A stretch of DNA of 64,000 nt from Chiloscyllium plagiosum (Eukaryota): assembly GCF_004010195.1 (NCBI RefSeq), contig NC_057720.1, forward strand, positions 25,688,427 to 25,752,426, read 5' to 3'. Both the position numbers and the translations under genes were made by a program. Of the stretch, positions 22,936 to 36,411 are shown piece after piece (position 1 is the first letter of the stretch; each line of letters starts with the position of its first letter). The notes below the pieces were generated by a model. The model worked only from the letters and a program-made list of their open reading frames with translations. It made no database searches and was not told where the DNA came from.

Positions 22936-24521
22936 ATTTTGATCTTGTCCACCCCAGCTCTACTCCAGCATCTCCACATCAAACATACAACCTCTTGGTC
23001 ACAGCATCAGATTCCTTCCTTCTATTGTTGGGAACATATGTCTGTCCCGTTCCCAAAGGTACCCAGAAATAATTCCGAGAAAGTACCATTGAAACTGTTG
23101 TACCTACATCAGTGTGAAATACTTCCCAGTTCCTCCCAATTGACTTTCTGAATTTGTTCTTTAAATGCTGGACTTGTGAATGGATCATGCCAGTGTGGGC
23201 ATGTCAGTGTACCTCATGCCAATGCATGCCATGCTTGCTGGACAGTTTTGAAACATGAAATCCAGAATGGATATTTTTATTAATTTGCGGTTTTCTGGAA
23301 GGCTCAGTGAACACAATCTCTCCTATCTCTCATCCAACTGAAGCACACCCACCCAGCTCAAAATTCCTCAGGCTTCATATTTAAATAATTCTAGTTTGGC
23401 TTCACAATGAGGTCACTGGAGTTTTGAAATGGTGTGGCCCTGTGACTGAATGATCATGTCACCAATGTGATATAGTGAAGGATGTCTAGTCTGGCGCTGT
23501 AGTCTGATTATTTATACTGCTGGGGTGATTGGGAGAAGTTGTTTTAGATGGTCCTGTACTCTGAATGCCACTGTGGTGGGAGAGAAGGCTGTCTGATATG
23601 GCCCTGTGGTGCAAATGGTTATGGCAATTCGAATGAGAGGGGAAATCGCTGTGTGTTGCCTTGTGCTCTGAATGTTTCTGGTGTAAGACCTATTGCAATG
23701 CAGTAGAGGTCAGCAGCAGTATAGATGCATGTCACCCAATAGCAGCAGATGTTTATAACTGCAAATTAAAACATATTTGTGAGGTTATTCAGATTTCAAA
23801 TATGTAACAGGAGCAATACTGTCAGCAGGATTACTAAGCATTCCATGCCTGTGTGTTCCTTTCATCTTGTTGACATCACGTTGTACATTAATCTACTTGG
23901 TAATTTTTGTTGTTGCTTCTCAAATTGCCTTTGGGACTAAACAGGGTTAGCGTGTGACAGCAGTAATGGGAATATTATAAATTAACTCACATTTTACTTG
24001 ATTTGTACATAACATGGAATTGCATAAAATTTCATAGAATGCAGAGTACAGAAGGAGGCCATTCAAATCAACAGGCTGTGTTGTTTTTAATGCTCTGCAT
24101 GGGTCTTCCCATATTCATTATAGCCTGACAACGTATCGTTGTATGGTGAAATTATGATGAGTCAAATTTGAATAACTCAAAATTAAATTTGTGCCAATGT
24201 TGTTAGCCATTCATGCAAGTAGAAAAGCAAATCCGATACACTGACAGACCAAGGTTCCAGACTGTTAACTCCAGATTAGCTGAACTTGTGCAAACATATT
24301 ATAAGACAGTACCAACCTATCTTGTGATTGGAGATTCCAAAGAAGCCACATCACTTTGTGAATGTCAAGATATTGTTCCCACAGTCTAAGGCTAACAAAA
24401 CCACCGAGATGACATCCAGCTATTTTGAAGGGTGATTCCAAGAAGTGGACAAGGTATATCTATGGAAGAGAAGGAAGATTATCATCATAGCAGCCAGCTT
24501 CCCTCTGCATTCTGGCATTGA

Positions 24522-24775
24522 ATTAAAAGGGACCTGGGGGGTCACTTTTCCACACAAAGGTTGGTGCATATATGGAACAAGCTGCCAGAGGAAGTGGTAA
24601 TGATGAATATCTTTACAAAATTTAAAAGATGTTTGGACAGGTACACAGATAGGAAAGGTTTGTGGTCTATGGGCCAAACACAGGCAAATGGGATTAGTTC
24701 AATTTAAGAAACCTGGTCAGCATGGATGAGTTGGGTTGAAGGGCCTGTTTCCATGCTGTATGATTCTATGATTTT
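24522..24775 (+). mobile_element. CR1 (HER1-like) 3' end
   Basis: tggaacaagctgccagaggaagtgg...gaagggcctgtttccatgctgtatgattctatga. Confidence 0.8.
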
Positions 24776-25743
24776 GACACTAAATGAATTTTTACATGTT
24801 AAGAGTTACCACTATTGAATAAGGTAACAATTCTGAAAGGATTAATGTTTGAGATTACATTAAGCTCCACCCAATCTGATGATATCATACAGTTTTAGCA
24901 CGGGAAGTCGGGAGAATAACTATGGATTTTGAAGGGGATAAGTGTGTCATTGTTGTCTCCAATAGTCTTAGTAATAATGTGTTTAATCACCTATGCAACT
25001 TGTACCTAATTGCTTTCATGAAGTAAACCATACTTTGCTAAGACAACAACCTCTTCTTGTTGTTCCTCCACCACTGTAAACTAAATAGGCCTCAAGACCC
25101 AGTCAATTAGGCAGGGATGGTATCAGTACACTTCTAACCACAAATACCACAACTTCTAACAAGCGATGGGACTTTGACCTGTGCAAGTTCTTGTAATTAA
25201 ACCCAAGGCCAATTTTTTTTTGAATTAAGTGGTATCTCCTAGGTACAAAATACCAATCATAAAGATATATATAGGGGAAGGAGACCTCTTGGATAATCTC
25301 ACACAATCTGCTCCACAAACATACAGCTCCTCCAGCATAACATTTAAATTTATCTTGTATGAATTCAGATTTGCACTCACCAACTGACTCCTGGATTATT
25401 TTAGATATTAATTGTGCATTTATGTACAATGATACTTAGAATTGCTCTTGCAATCCAGTGGCTTGAATTAAAGTGATTGTTTTTTACTTTAGATTAAGCT
25501 TTTCTGCTATAAAGGTTCTCTTGGGTCAAAGTCACACATCATCCTGGGACAGCAGGTATCAGAATATTGGGAAATTGGAAAGATTAGAACATGTTCCGTA
25601 AGGAGCTTTCATCATTCATTACATTCAGACCCGGTAAAACCTCCCTTCGTATCTCTATATTGTCAACTTTCATTTGCCTAATTTCAAACTTGACAAGTGT
25701 GGGTTTTTGTAGCCTTCCTCAGACTCAGTCCTTTGACTGAGTT

Positions 25744-26330
25744 CTGTGACTACCCGGTCAGGTCCACACCCCCCAACAACCTCCCCTCCCGTCCTGGCAC
25801 CTTCCCCTGCCACCGCAGGAATCGCAAAACCTGCGCCCACACCTCCCCCCCTCACCTCCATCCAAGGCCCCAAAGGAGCCTTCCACATCCATCAATGTTT
25901 CACCTGNNNNNNNNNNNNNNNNNNNNNNNNNNNNNNNNNNNNNNNNNNNNNNNNNNNNNNNNNNNNNNNNNNNNNNNNNNNNNNNNNNNNNNNNNNNNNN
26001 NNNNNNNNNNNNNNNNNNNNNNNNNNNNNNNNNNNNNNNNNNNNNNNNNNNNNNNNNNNNNNNNNNNNNNNNNNNNNNCTCCTCTCTGACCTATTACCTT
26101 CATCCCCATCCCCTTCCACCCATTGTACTCTTTGCTACCTTCTTCCCAGCCCCACCCCCATCCCATTTATCTCTCCACCCTCGAGGCTCCCTGCCTTCAG
26201 TCCTGATGAAGGGCTTTTGCCTAAAACGTTGACTTTCCTGCTCCTCGGATGCTGCCTGATCGGCTGTACTTTTCCAGCAACACTCTAATCTAGACCCTGA
26301 TTTTCAGCAACTGCAGTCCTCACTTTTGGT
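25744..26330 (+). mobile_element. Neptune-type PLE 3' fragment spanning an assembly gap
   Basis: PGTFPCHRRNRKTCAHTS; IQGPKGAFHIHQCFT; family-1 repeat after the gap (cagtcctgatgaagggcttttgcctaaaacgttgact). Confidence 0.85.
25907..26078. other. Assembly gap (172 N)
   Basis: Run of N. Confidence 0.99.
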
Positions 26331-26832
26331 CCGTCCTTTGATGCCATTTCCAGAGCTTAGATGCTTCTCATCTGACTTAGCAACTAGAACTGCACACAGC
26401 GCAGCATGTCAGATGCAGATATATACTTTATTGACATGGTAACATTCAAGCTTTTTGTGGTGAGCGGGGTACACGTGATGCTTTGCAATCACTCGGCATA
26501 ATATCCTTTCATCTTTACCATCTGTGGGCTTTGTGGGCAATATCCTGTCTCCTATTAGCAGAGTGAATTAATGTTCCATGAACACGCAGTTTGTAACAAT
26601 GTGAATACTTGCTTTTTGGAGCTCATCCACAATGTGCTCAATTATTGATGCAATCAAATACCTCTAACTGCTGAAGAGGGGAGCAGAATGTATTGCTGCC
26701 AGATGAGACATGTTTTGTTCTGATCTGAGCATGTCTTATGCTGCCTGTGTAGGAAGAACATGACGTTTGTCAGGAATAACCTTAACACAATGTGAGGCTT
26801 TGTCAGGTAGAAATAGAATGCAGTTAGGCTTT

Positions 26833-27517
26833 CATAGAACATAGAACAGTACAGAACAGGAACAAACCCTTCGCCCACCATGTCTGTGCTGACCATGATG
26901 CCATTCTGAAATAATCCTACCTGTCTGCACATGGTCTGTATCCCTCTGTTCTATGCCTCCTAATGTGTCTGCCTAAATGTCTCTTAAATTTTCTATCGTA
27001 TCCATTCTACCACCTCTCCTGGCACCTCCTACCCTCTGTGTAAAAAACTTTTATCACACAGCCTCTGACACTCTAATGAAAATATTCCCAGTTTGTCCAA
27101 CCTCTCCTTATAGTTAATACACTCCAATCCAGGCAACATCCTGGTAAATCTCTTCAGCACTCTCTCTAAACCCTCCACATTCTTTCTCTAGTATGGGGAC
27201 CAGAACTGCTTACAGTACTCCAAATATGGCCTGAACAAAGTTTTATACAGTTAAACATGACTTGCCAACTTTTATATTTAATGCCCTGACCAATGAAGAC
27301 AAACATACCGTATACTTTTTTTAACCATCTTATCCACTTGTGTTGCTGTTTTCAAGGAGATGTGAACTTGGATCCAAGATGCTTCTGTATATCAATCCTC
27401 CTAAGGATCCAACCATTTACAGTCTACTTTTTTCTTAGATTTGACCACCCAAAATGCATCACCTCGCACTTGTCTGAATTCAACTCCATCTACCATTTAT
27501 CCAACCAACATTCCAGC
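26833..27517 (-). mobile_element. CR1 3' part with internal deletion
   Basis: catagaacatagaac tail; reverse of aggccatatttggagtactgt..agttctggtcccc (RPYLEY..QFW.P); cattttggg (HFG). Confidence 0.8.
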
Positions 27518-27529
27518 TTTTTAAATATT

Positions 27530-28420
27530 AATTTGTGATATGTGGCAGTCACTGCCTAGGCCAGCATTTATTCTCCACTTATTGTGGTGGTAAGCTGCAT
27601 TCTTGAACCGCTGCAATCCATGTGCGGTAGGAAGGCCCACATTGTCCTTAATGAGGGAATTCCAGGATTTTGTCCCAGCGACATTATAAGAATGATGAAA
27701 CATTTCCAAGTCAGGATGGTGACTGTCTTTGGAGGGGGACTTGCAGGTGGTGGTATTCCCATGCATCTGCTGTCCTTATCCTTCTAGATGGAAATTGTTG
27801 TGGGTTTGGAAAGTGCTGTCTGAGGATCTTTGGTGAATTCCTGCAGTGCATCTTATGGATGGTACACACTGCTGCGACTGTGTGGAGGGAGTGGCTGCTT
27901 GTGGATGTAACGCCAATCAAGCGGACTTCTTTGTCCTGGATAGTGTTAAGCTTCTTGAGTGTTGCTGGAGCCGCACCCATTCAGGCAAGTGGAATGTATT
28001 CCATCACGCTGGTAACAGTCAATGGTAACTCTAAAGATGTTGATAGTGGGGGATTCAGTAATGGTAACACCACTGAATGTCAAAAGCCAGTGGTTAGATT
28101 CTTATTGGGACAGTCATTGCCTGGCACTTGTGTAGTGTGAATGTTCTTCGCTTTTTGTCAGCCCAAGTCTGGATATTGTCTAGACGTTGCTGCATTTGAA
28201 CATGGACTGCTTCAGAATCTGAGGTGCCATGAATGCTGCTGAACATTGTGCAATCATCAGCGAATATCCCCATTTCTACCCTTATGGTGGAGGGAAGTCA
28301 TTGATGAAGCAGCTGAAGATGGTTGGGTCTAGGACACTACCCTACGGAATTCCTGCAGAGATGTTCCTCAGCTGAGATGACTGATCTGCAACAACTAAAG
28401 CCATCTTCCTTGGGGCAAGG
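27530..28420 (-). mobile_element. Second CR1/L2-group LINE family, RT C-terminus and 3' end
   Basis: MGAAPATLKKLNTIQDKEVRLIGVT...LHTVAAVCTIHKMHC; SWNSL; LQRFKNAAYHH. Confidence 0.8.
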
Positions 28421-28962
28421 TCAGATTGGGATGTCTAATTGGTGGGGACAGTTGGACTGAAGAGTCTGTTTGCATGCTGTGTGGCTCTATGACTATTACT
28501 CTTTTCTGCTTAGGTCTACATGTGATTCCGGACTGTTGCACTAGTGGTAATTATGAGCTATCAAATATTATTTTACATCGCCTCACTGTTAAACCCAAGA
28601 TGTTCTATTGACCAAAATATTTTTTAAAAATAACAAATGCTGACCTAATATGGCTGCCATGATCACCTGACCATGCATTGATGCAAGTCGAGGAGTTCTG
28701 TGGAATAAATGAAACTGTTTGCAATGACATTATCATTTTATATAAAGACATTGAAATAAGACAATTGAGTCGGCACCAAGAAATCTGCATCTCCTGTTTT
28801 TTCTCATCCCTATATGATCATTTCACACACTGAGCATGAAAACTTGTCTTTGGCGTATCCAGCTTGGAGAGACAATGGGGACAGATTCAAATGTGAATCG
28901 ACAAATGAAGCTTATTTTAACAGGTGCTTTTGAGCAGCAGAGCTGAAAGTAAGAGCCAGCTC

Positions 28963-29280
28963 TGGGCGGCACGGTGGCACTGTGGTTAGCACTGCTGCCT
29001 CACAGTGCAAGAGACCTGGATTCAATTCCCGCCTCAGGCAACTGTCTGCGTGGAGTTTGCACATTCTCCCCATGTCTGCGTGGGTCCCCTCTGGGTGCTC
29101 TGGTTTTCTCCCACAGTCCAAAAATGTGCAGGTCAGGTGAATTGGCCATGCTAAATTGCCCATAGTGTTAGGTGAAGCGGTAAATGTAGGGGAATGGGTC
29201 TGGGTGGGTTGCTCTTTGGAGGGTCGGTGTGGACTTGTTGGGCTGAAGGACCTGTTTCCACACTGTAAGTAACCTAATCT
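28963..29280 (+). mobile_element. Full-length HE1/V-SINE-type SINE
   Basis: gggcggcacggtggc..tggttagc (A box), ggattcaattccc (B box), V-type core tggagtttgcacattctcccc, LINE-like tail gaaggacctgtttccacactgta. Confidence 0.9.
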
Positions 29281-29339
29281 GTAACAGATGATTATTGCAA
29301 ACAAGTTTCTTCAGGATCAAGCTTTACTCTTCTCGCCAC

Positions 29340-29553
29340 TGAAATAACTACTAAGTCACCCTCTATTTACACATGAACAGTCCTTGACTTCAATACTGCT
29401 TCTTCAGAGTCAGCTATCAGAGTGTCAGTATCTCTCATGCTCCCCTTTTTAATCTGTCAGCTAGGGCTCCTTGATTGGACCAGATAAACAGCCCCAATCA
29501 GGGAACTCAAATTCGATAATGTCCAGCTGGCTGACCTCATGGCAATCACTGCA
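29340..29553 (-). mobile_element. Solo Gypsy LTR
   Basis: Reverse complement of tgcagtgattg...gagttccctgattggggctgtt...gtgactt..agttatttca. Confidence 0.75.
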
Positions 29554-29619
29554 CACTGTTGCTGCTTTCTCCCCATATCCTTTGATCCACTTAGCCCTAA
29601 GAACTGTATCCATGTCCAC

Positions 29620-31408
29620 CTTGACAACTGAACATGATAAGAGCTCAGCAAAGATGCATCACAAAATTGATAGGTAAAGAGAAAGACAATATCACTAGCA
29701 TAAACTAAGAAAGCAAATGTTGCAAATGTTTTACAATTTACTTCAATTAAATAAGGTTACAAAGAGGAAGAGATTTCTGGTAATAATCATGGGCAGAGAC
29801 AGGTGGAATTGTAATAGGGAATAGGAAAGTGACAGAGTTGTTTAATAAATGCTTTGTAGTTATTTTCATGGTAGAAACTGTGCCGAGAAAAATAGGGAAC
29901 AGGGATCCGTCAATAACGAAGAATTTAGAGAAATCAGCCTAAATAAAGAAACAGTCCTGGAGAAATGAATAGGATTAAATACTCATAAATCCAAAGATGT
30001 CATAACCTGCATCCTATGGAAATGCAAATATAATGACTAATATTGGCTTCGATCTTTTTGATTTACAAACAGTTACAAAAAATTTGAAAAAAGGAGAAAG
30101 AAAATACACAGAGGTCTTTGGGCCAGTTAACCTAACTTCAATAAAAGGTAAAGTGCTAGAATCCATTATTAGGAATGTGATATGTTGGCACGTGGCAAAT
30201 CAAGATGTGATTAAGGAAAGTCACCATGGATTTATGAAAGTGATGTCCTATTTGAGGATGTAATGAAATGGATGGAAAGGAGAAACCAGTGCAGGTAACG
30301 AATATAAATTTTCAAGAAACATTCAACAAAATTTTACACACAAGCTGATTACGAGAACTCATGAAATTCAGGTTCATATGTTTGGATGGATTGGCAACTG
30401 ATTAATGGACAGAAAACTAGATTCAAACAGTGTACATTTGAGTTGTCAGGCTATATTCAGTGGAGTGCGACAAGGATGTGTAGTCAGGTCTCAGCCACTT
30501 GCATTCTACATTGTAACTGACATGACGTTACTAATATATCCCAAGCTTTCAGGTGAAACGTAAATAGGTGGGTAGCTAAGAGGAGAAAGGGAAAACATAG
30601 AGACTGCATAGCATTATGGTCAGGTTTGGTAGATGGGTAAGAGCATGGCCAATGGAACACAATAAATTGTGAACTTACCCGAATCAGTCAGAAAATTAAA
30701 TAAAAGTTTTGATTGTAATGATATTGGGAAATGTTTCTCTGGTGTCCTTGTACATGAATCACAGGAAGGTAATGTACAGAATAAGGAAACAATTAAACAG
30801 CAAAGCGGCATGTTACATTTTTTTACAATGATACTAGACTATTAATGTAAGAAAATCTTACTACTATAATTAAGATATTAACAAGGGAACACCTGGAGTG
30901 CTGTGTACAATTTTGTTCTCATAATACATAAGGGTGAGAGGATTGAGTAGATTAAAATATATTCCCTAATGAATATTCCTGATGAAGGGCTTTTTGCCTG
31001 TAACATCGATTCCTGCTCCTTGGAGGCTGCCTGACCTGTTGTGCTTTTCCAGCACCACACAATCGACTCTAATCTCCAGCATCTGCAGTCCTCACTTTCG
31101 CCTAGTATATTCCCCAGATCTTAGGAGAATGAGAGGTGATCAAGTTGGAACATATAAAACCCTGAAAGGACCTTCTGAGATAAACGCTTAGAAAATGTGT
31201 CCTTTAGCTGGGGAACCTAGAAAAAAGGGTTACAAGCTCAGATTAAATGCTTTTACAGCAGAGGTGTAGAGGAATTTCTTCACTCTCAAGATTATGAATG
31301 TTTAGAATTCTCTAACTTAGCTGAATGCTCAGCCATTGAATATATTTCAAAACAGAGGCCAATAGACTTTTGTGTACTAGGCAGATTAAGGAATATGGAG
31401 ATAACAGG
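29620..31408 (+). mobile_element. Highly decayed CR1 ORF2, with a family-1 repeat at ~30970-31103; 3' tail resumes at 36701-36790
   Basis: GPVNLTSIKGKVLESIIR..IKESHHGFMK; RRMRGDQVGTYKTLKG; insert flanked by A(A/G)TATATTCCC. Confidence 0.7.
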
Positions 31409-34400
31409 TGCTATAACTGTTTTTTTCACTAGAAAATGCGGCAAGTTGGGCACATGCATTGCAGGGTATTCCGATGGAAGCGAACATGCTCACCAGACTG
31501 ACTGAGCTTGGAGAACATCACTTGAGCGAAGGAAATTGAATAGCCTCACTCAGGACATATCCTGATCAGAGGGACTCAAAGCCAACACACAGCAAACCCC
31601 AAAACAAAGCCAACCCTCAGCCAAATGGTTAAAATCTTTTTCAGCATCCTGGTAAGCAAGCTATTGTAGTTGCTGCTGGTATGTGGACTCAAGACAGCAA
31701 AGCAATCCTTCTAGACCTAAATTGAGTAAGAGAATTCATAGGCCAGTGTCCAGGATCCTGCTCTCCTTTAAATTCATACCCTCCAGAGTTTATACTCTCG
31801 AAAGTCTACCTACATCTAGTTTGGAACAGTTAATTGCTTAGCAATATCAAAATCATAACCAATCAAAATAAACACCTTATGAAATGGTTATTGATTCTAA
31901 TAGAGGCTGATATTGCTGTGGCCACACTGTTGATCGCAGAACCAATTTTTAACAAAATTCATTCTGGATTCCAGTCCTTGTATTTTAGAAAGAAAATGGC
32001 CACCTGAGTGAAGCCCTAATTAAACACTCAGACATTTTTCAGGAAAGTCAATGGACTAACAAAGGAGCTAAGGCCGCCTTGAATGTTGCCCAGGAAGAAA
32101 TTCCATGATTCTGCAAGGCCTGTCTGGTGCCTTACAGGCAAAACTACAGGCAGAAATTGGAAGGCTGGAAAGTGAAGGCATCATCAAACCAGCACCATTC
32201 GTTTGGATTGTGAAGTCCGAAGGATCAGTTCACCTTTGTAAGGATTTTAAACAAATGATAAACCACTTTTTGCAGCTGGATAAATACCCAATCCCTTGCA
32301 TAGTGGATTCATATGCAAAGCTAGTTGGGGGGTGGGGGGGGGCTGTCCTTCAAGAGGCTGGACATGAGCCATACATACCTGCAGTTGCGTTTAGACAAAG
32401 ATTCCCAGACGTATGCTACAATTGATATCTATTAAGGCTTGTACCAGAAATGAGACTGACATTTGGGATATTGAAAACCTGTTAAATATTCAGCGGATGA
32501 TGGGGAAAATTCTGCAAGCTCAGGTCGCCAATTACCAAGATAACATTTTAATAAGAGATAAAACTAATAAGGAATACTTAGAGAACTTGGATATAGTCTT
32601 AAGGTACTTTTGCAATGCAGGAGTAAGCCTAAGAAGGAGAAGATGTGCATCCCAGCTACCCTCCATTAAACCCCCCAACCCCACCCACCCCCCTCACCCC
32701 ACACACACACACACAACCAAGTGACCTCTATGGACTGCAGAGTCAACAAGATCGGGTTGCACCCGTTGGAAGATAAAGTGAGGGTGATCAAAGCTGCTCC
32801 ATCTCCCATGTCTGTCCTTGAGCTTAGCTCATTTCTTGGGCTGGTGAATTATTATGGAATGTTCATTATTAACCTGCCTTCCATCTGTCTCCTTTGCATC
32901 AACTCCTAAAAAAAATCTTCCCTTGGAAATGGACGCCCAAATAAGCCCTCGCTTTTATGGAAGTGAAGAAACAGCTATCATCCTGTAAGGCGTTGGCACA
33001 CTATGAGCCCAAGAAAAACCTGGTATTTACATGTATTGCCTCCCTCCACGGTATCAGGATGGTATTACCGCATAGGTGGCCCAATGGAGAGGAATGCCCA
33101 ATAACATAACCATTCAGGACTTCAGCTAATGCAGAGCATAAACATGCCCAGATAGAGAAAGAAGGATTGGTAGTCATATTTAGAGTCGGCAAGTTCCACC
33201 AATACCTTTATGGAAGAAGATTTGTGATAATCATAGCTCACAAACCACTACTTAGTCTACTTAAAGAGAACACAGCAGGGTCATCCATTGCTTTGAGTTG
33301 CATTCGGTGGTGGGATTTAATACTAAGTGTTCATAATTATAAGTCAGAACACCAGGAGGCCAGGTAGTGATACATGGGGTGCATTAAGCCACCTCCCATT
33401 AGCAGATACCATAGTGGTACCCCCTGTGCAAGAATCTGTAACAATATTAAATTTTCTGTACATGCTCTCAGCCAAGACTGACAATAACTGACTTTGGACA
33501 CAAAACGATCAAATCCTAAAACTGAAACAGTTGGTGGTGATGGGCGAAGCCAAAGGGCTATCACAACTAGAAATGAAACCTTTTTGGACCTGGAGAGACC
33601 AGATCACAGTAGAGGATGGTATATTGTTATGGGAAACAGGATGATTGTCCCAAGCAAAGGTCGCCGACAGTTACTGGCTGTACTGCATCAAGGCCATCCT
33701 GGAGTTTGTAAAATGAAGATTTTGGTGAGAGGTTATGTCTGGTGGTCAAGATTGGATGCTAACATAGCCACATTAGTGGGCCAGTACCCAAAGCGCCAAC
33801 AAGGACAAAAAGTACTGCCAGCAGCTCCCCTAAATCTGTGGGTGGCCAGGTAAACCTTGCTCTTAGTTGCACGTCAACTATGCAAGACCTTTCATGGGCT
33901 CAGTGTTCTTAGTCACTGTAGATGTCCACTCAAATGGTTGGATATGCATAGAGGTCATTCATCAGACACGGGGATGACGTTAGAAAAACTGAATGTGTCT
34001 TTTTCAAGACACCGTGTCGGTCATAGATAACGGGCCATCATTTACCAGCAGGGAATTTGGGTATTTCCTAAAGTCAAATGGGATTTCACACCATCCATCA
34101 TCCAATGGCCTAGTGGTAAGAGCAGTTAAAATTTGAAGAAATAGCCTACAACCTTGCTTGATACTAAGCTGTAATGATTTTTGTTGGATTATAGGACCAA
34201 ACCACATAGTCAAGACACTGCATTGGGGGGGGTGGTGGTGGTGGAGGAGGGGTGTCAGAGTGGTGGGAAGGAAGAATTGGCACCATGAACACTAATGCCG
34301 GACACAAGAAATCACTGACAGAAAGCTGAATACAGGGGATGAATTTTGGTATAAGACTTATGGAAATGGCATTGCATTGGTAAGAGCCATTGGTCAACAC

Positions 34401-34909
34401 GAGGTCGAGATCAGTGATGTATAATGTTAGTGAAGGTGCAACGGTTCTGAGCAAGCATGTGGACCATAAGAAAGCCAGGAATTTGCAAATAGTGCAGGAT
34501 CAAAAGATGTCCTTCCTGTCAAAACAGTTGGAAAGGCTGCCAGAACCCATGGTTGCACCCCCTCCATCAAACATTGATGAGTCCGAAGAATCAAATGGAC
34601 TGCCTTGACACTTTTATCGCCTGAAGAAGAGAGTGAAATTTTACCGAGGTGCTCCAGGTACAAAAGCAGGCTCCTGTGTGTTACATAGTGCCCGTATTGG
34701 ACACCGAGTCGGAGGAACCTGCTTTTATGCTTCACGAGTCTCTCCGAGAAAAACGACCAGCCTATGTCCTCAGATTCAGCGGAAAAGGGATGTAATGATT
34801 GTAACAGGTCAGCCAGCTGGACATCACAGGGTATGAGTTCCCTGATTGGGCTTGTTAAAATGATCCAATCAGAGAGCCCTGGCTAACAGATAAAAAGGGG
34901 AGTGTTATA

Positions 34910-36030
34910 AACAGCTCAATAAAGATTTGTACACTTTGTGTCTTTCACTGTGTCTCACACCTGCACACACACACCATGGGTGCTGGGGATAAAATAAGCA
35001 CTACCGCACTTAGGCGGTAGTGTGGGGGTTCAAATAAAAAGGAAAAAATAAGAAAAAAGAAAAAGGGGAGTGTTTCACTGTGTCTCACACCTGCACACAC
35101 ACACCACGGGTGCTGGGGGAAAAAATAAGCACTACCGCACTTAGGTGGTAGTGTGGGGGTTAAAATTAAAAAAAAGGGGAGTGTTTCACTGTGTCTCACA
35201 CCTGCACACACACACCACGGGTGCTGGGGAAAAAAATAAGCACTACCGCACTTAGGTGGTAGTGTGGGGGTTAAAAGAGGAAAATAAATAAATAAATAAA
35301 TAAATAGGAGCAATTTAGTTCCTACCCTCCCCTTCACTGTTTTGATCACACAGCACTGCCCTTTGATGTGAAGGCAGTGTTTTTACACAGCACTGTCCCT
35401 TGCTGTGAATGGCAGTGTTTGTCACTGGCCACCCGGGTGTTTTCCTGTCTTCCTGGTGGTGGAATTTGAATAAAGATTCGTGCACTTTGTGTCTTTCACT
35501 GTGTCTCACGCCTGCACACACACACCATTGGTGCTGGGGAAAAAAATAAGCACTACCGCACTTAGGTGGTAGTGTGGGGGTTAATATAAAAAAAAGAAAA
35601 AATAAACAGGACTGTTGGCCCAGGTGTCCTTGGAGAAGGAGCACGAAAAAAAAGAAAAAAAAAGGAAGAAAAAGAAAAAAAAAAAGGGGAGTGTTACCCT
35701 CCCCTTCACTGTTTTGATCACACAGCATTGCCCCTTGATGTGAAGGGCAGTGTTTGTCACTGGCCACCCGGGTGTTTTCCTATCTTCCTGGTGGTGGAAA
35801 TTGAATAAAGATTCGTGCACTTTGTGTCTTTCACCGTGTCTCACACCTGCACACACACACCATGGATTCTGGGGAATAAATAAGCATTACCACATTTAGG
35901 TGGTAATGTGGGGGTTAAATTTAAAAAAAAAGAAAAAAAAAAGGAGTGTAAGGGAAGTGCTTGTCACTGCCCACTCAGGTGTTTTCCCTTTTCAGAAAAA
36001 AAAAGAAAAAGAAAACAAAAGGGGAGTGTT
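34910..36030 (+). repeat. Tandem array of variably 5'-truncated non-LTR (Tx1-like) 3' ends with A-rich tails
   Basis: Five copies of ttcactgtgtctcacacctgcacac...ggtgctgggg..aataagcactaccgcacttaggYggtagtgtgggggtt(A)n plus a sixth partial unit; AATAAA in the long units; 35618-35645 encodes AQVSLEKEH, recalled as resembling a Tx1 ORF2 C-terminus. Confidence 0.8.
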
Positions 36031-36347
36031 GGGGCAGCACGGTGGCTCAGTGGTTAGCACTGCTGCCTCACAACATCAGGGTCTTAGGTTTGATTCCAGC
36101 CTTGGGCGGCTGTCTGTGTGGAGTTTGCACATTCTCCCCGTGTCTGCGTGGGTTTCCTCTGGAAGCTCCAGTTTCCTCCCACACTCCAAAAATGTGCAGA
36201 TTAGGTGAATTGGTCATGCTAAATTGCCCATAGTGCTAGGTGCATTAGTCAGAGGGAAATGGGTCTGGGTGTGTTACTCTTCTGAGGGTTGGTGTGGACT
36301 TGTTGGACCGAAGGGTCTGTTTCCACACTGTAGGGAATTAATCTAAT
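36031..36347 (+). mobile_element. Full-length HE1-type SINE
   Basis: ggggcagcacggtggctcagtggttagc...V core...gaagggtctgtttccacactgtagg. Confidence 0.9.
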
Positions 36348-36375
36348 TTGGAATAGGATTTATTCACTTTATTTC

Positions 36376-36411
36376 ATTCCTGAAGAAGGGCTAATGCCCG
36401 AAACGTCGATT
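36376..36411 (+). ncRNA. Minimal hammerhead motif (family 1) in a ~100-bp insertion, 36372-36471
   Basis: AUUC-CUGAAGA-A-GGGC-UAAU-GCCC-GAAACGUC-GAUU; 13-bp TSD TTTATTCACTTTA at 36359-36371 and 36472-36484. Confidence 0.7.

Noticed and set aside
25103..25429. 108-aa minus-strand ORF in unique DNA
   Set aside because: No recognisable motif or supporting gene structure
28963..29040. tRNA genes at SINE heads
   Set aside because: A and B boxes are present but continue into the SINE core and tail; no convincing cloverleaf
34945..35856. Repetitive ORFs (LTPTLPPKCGSAYFFPQH)
   Set aside because: Antisense translation of the tandem 3'-UTR array and poly-T runs
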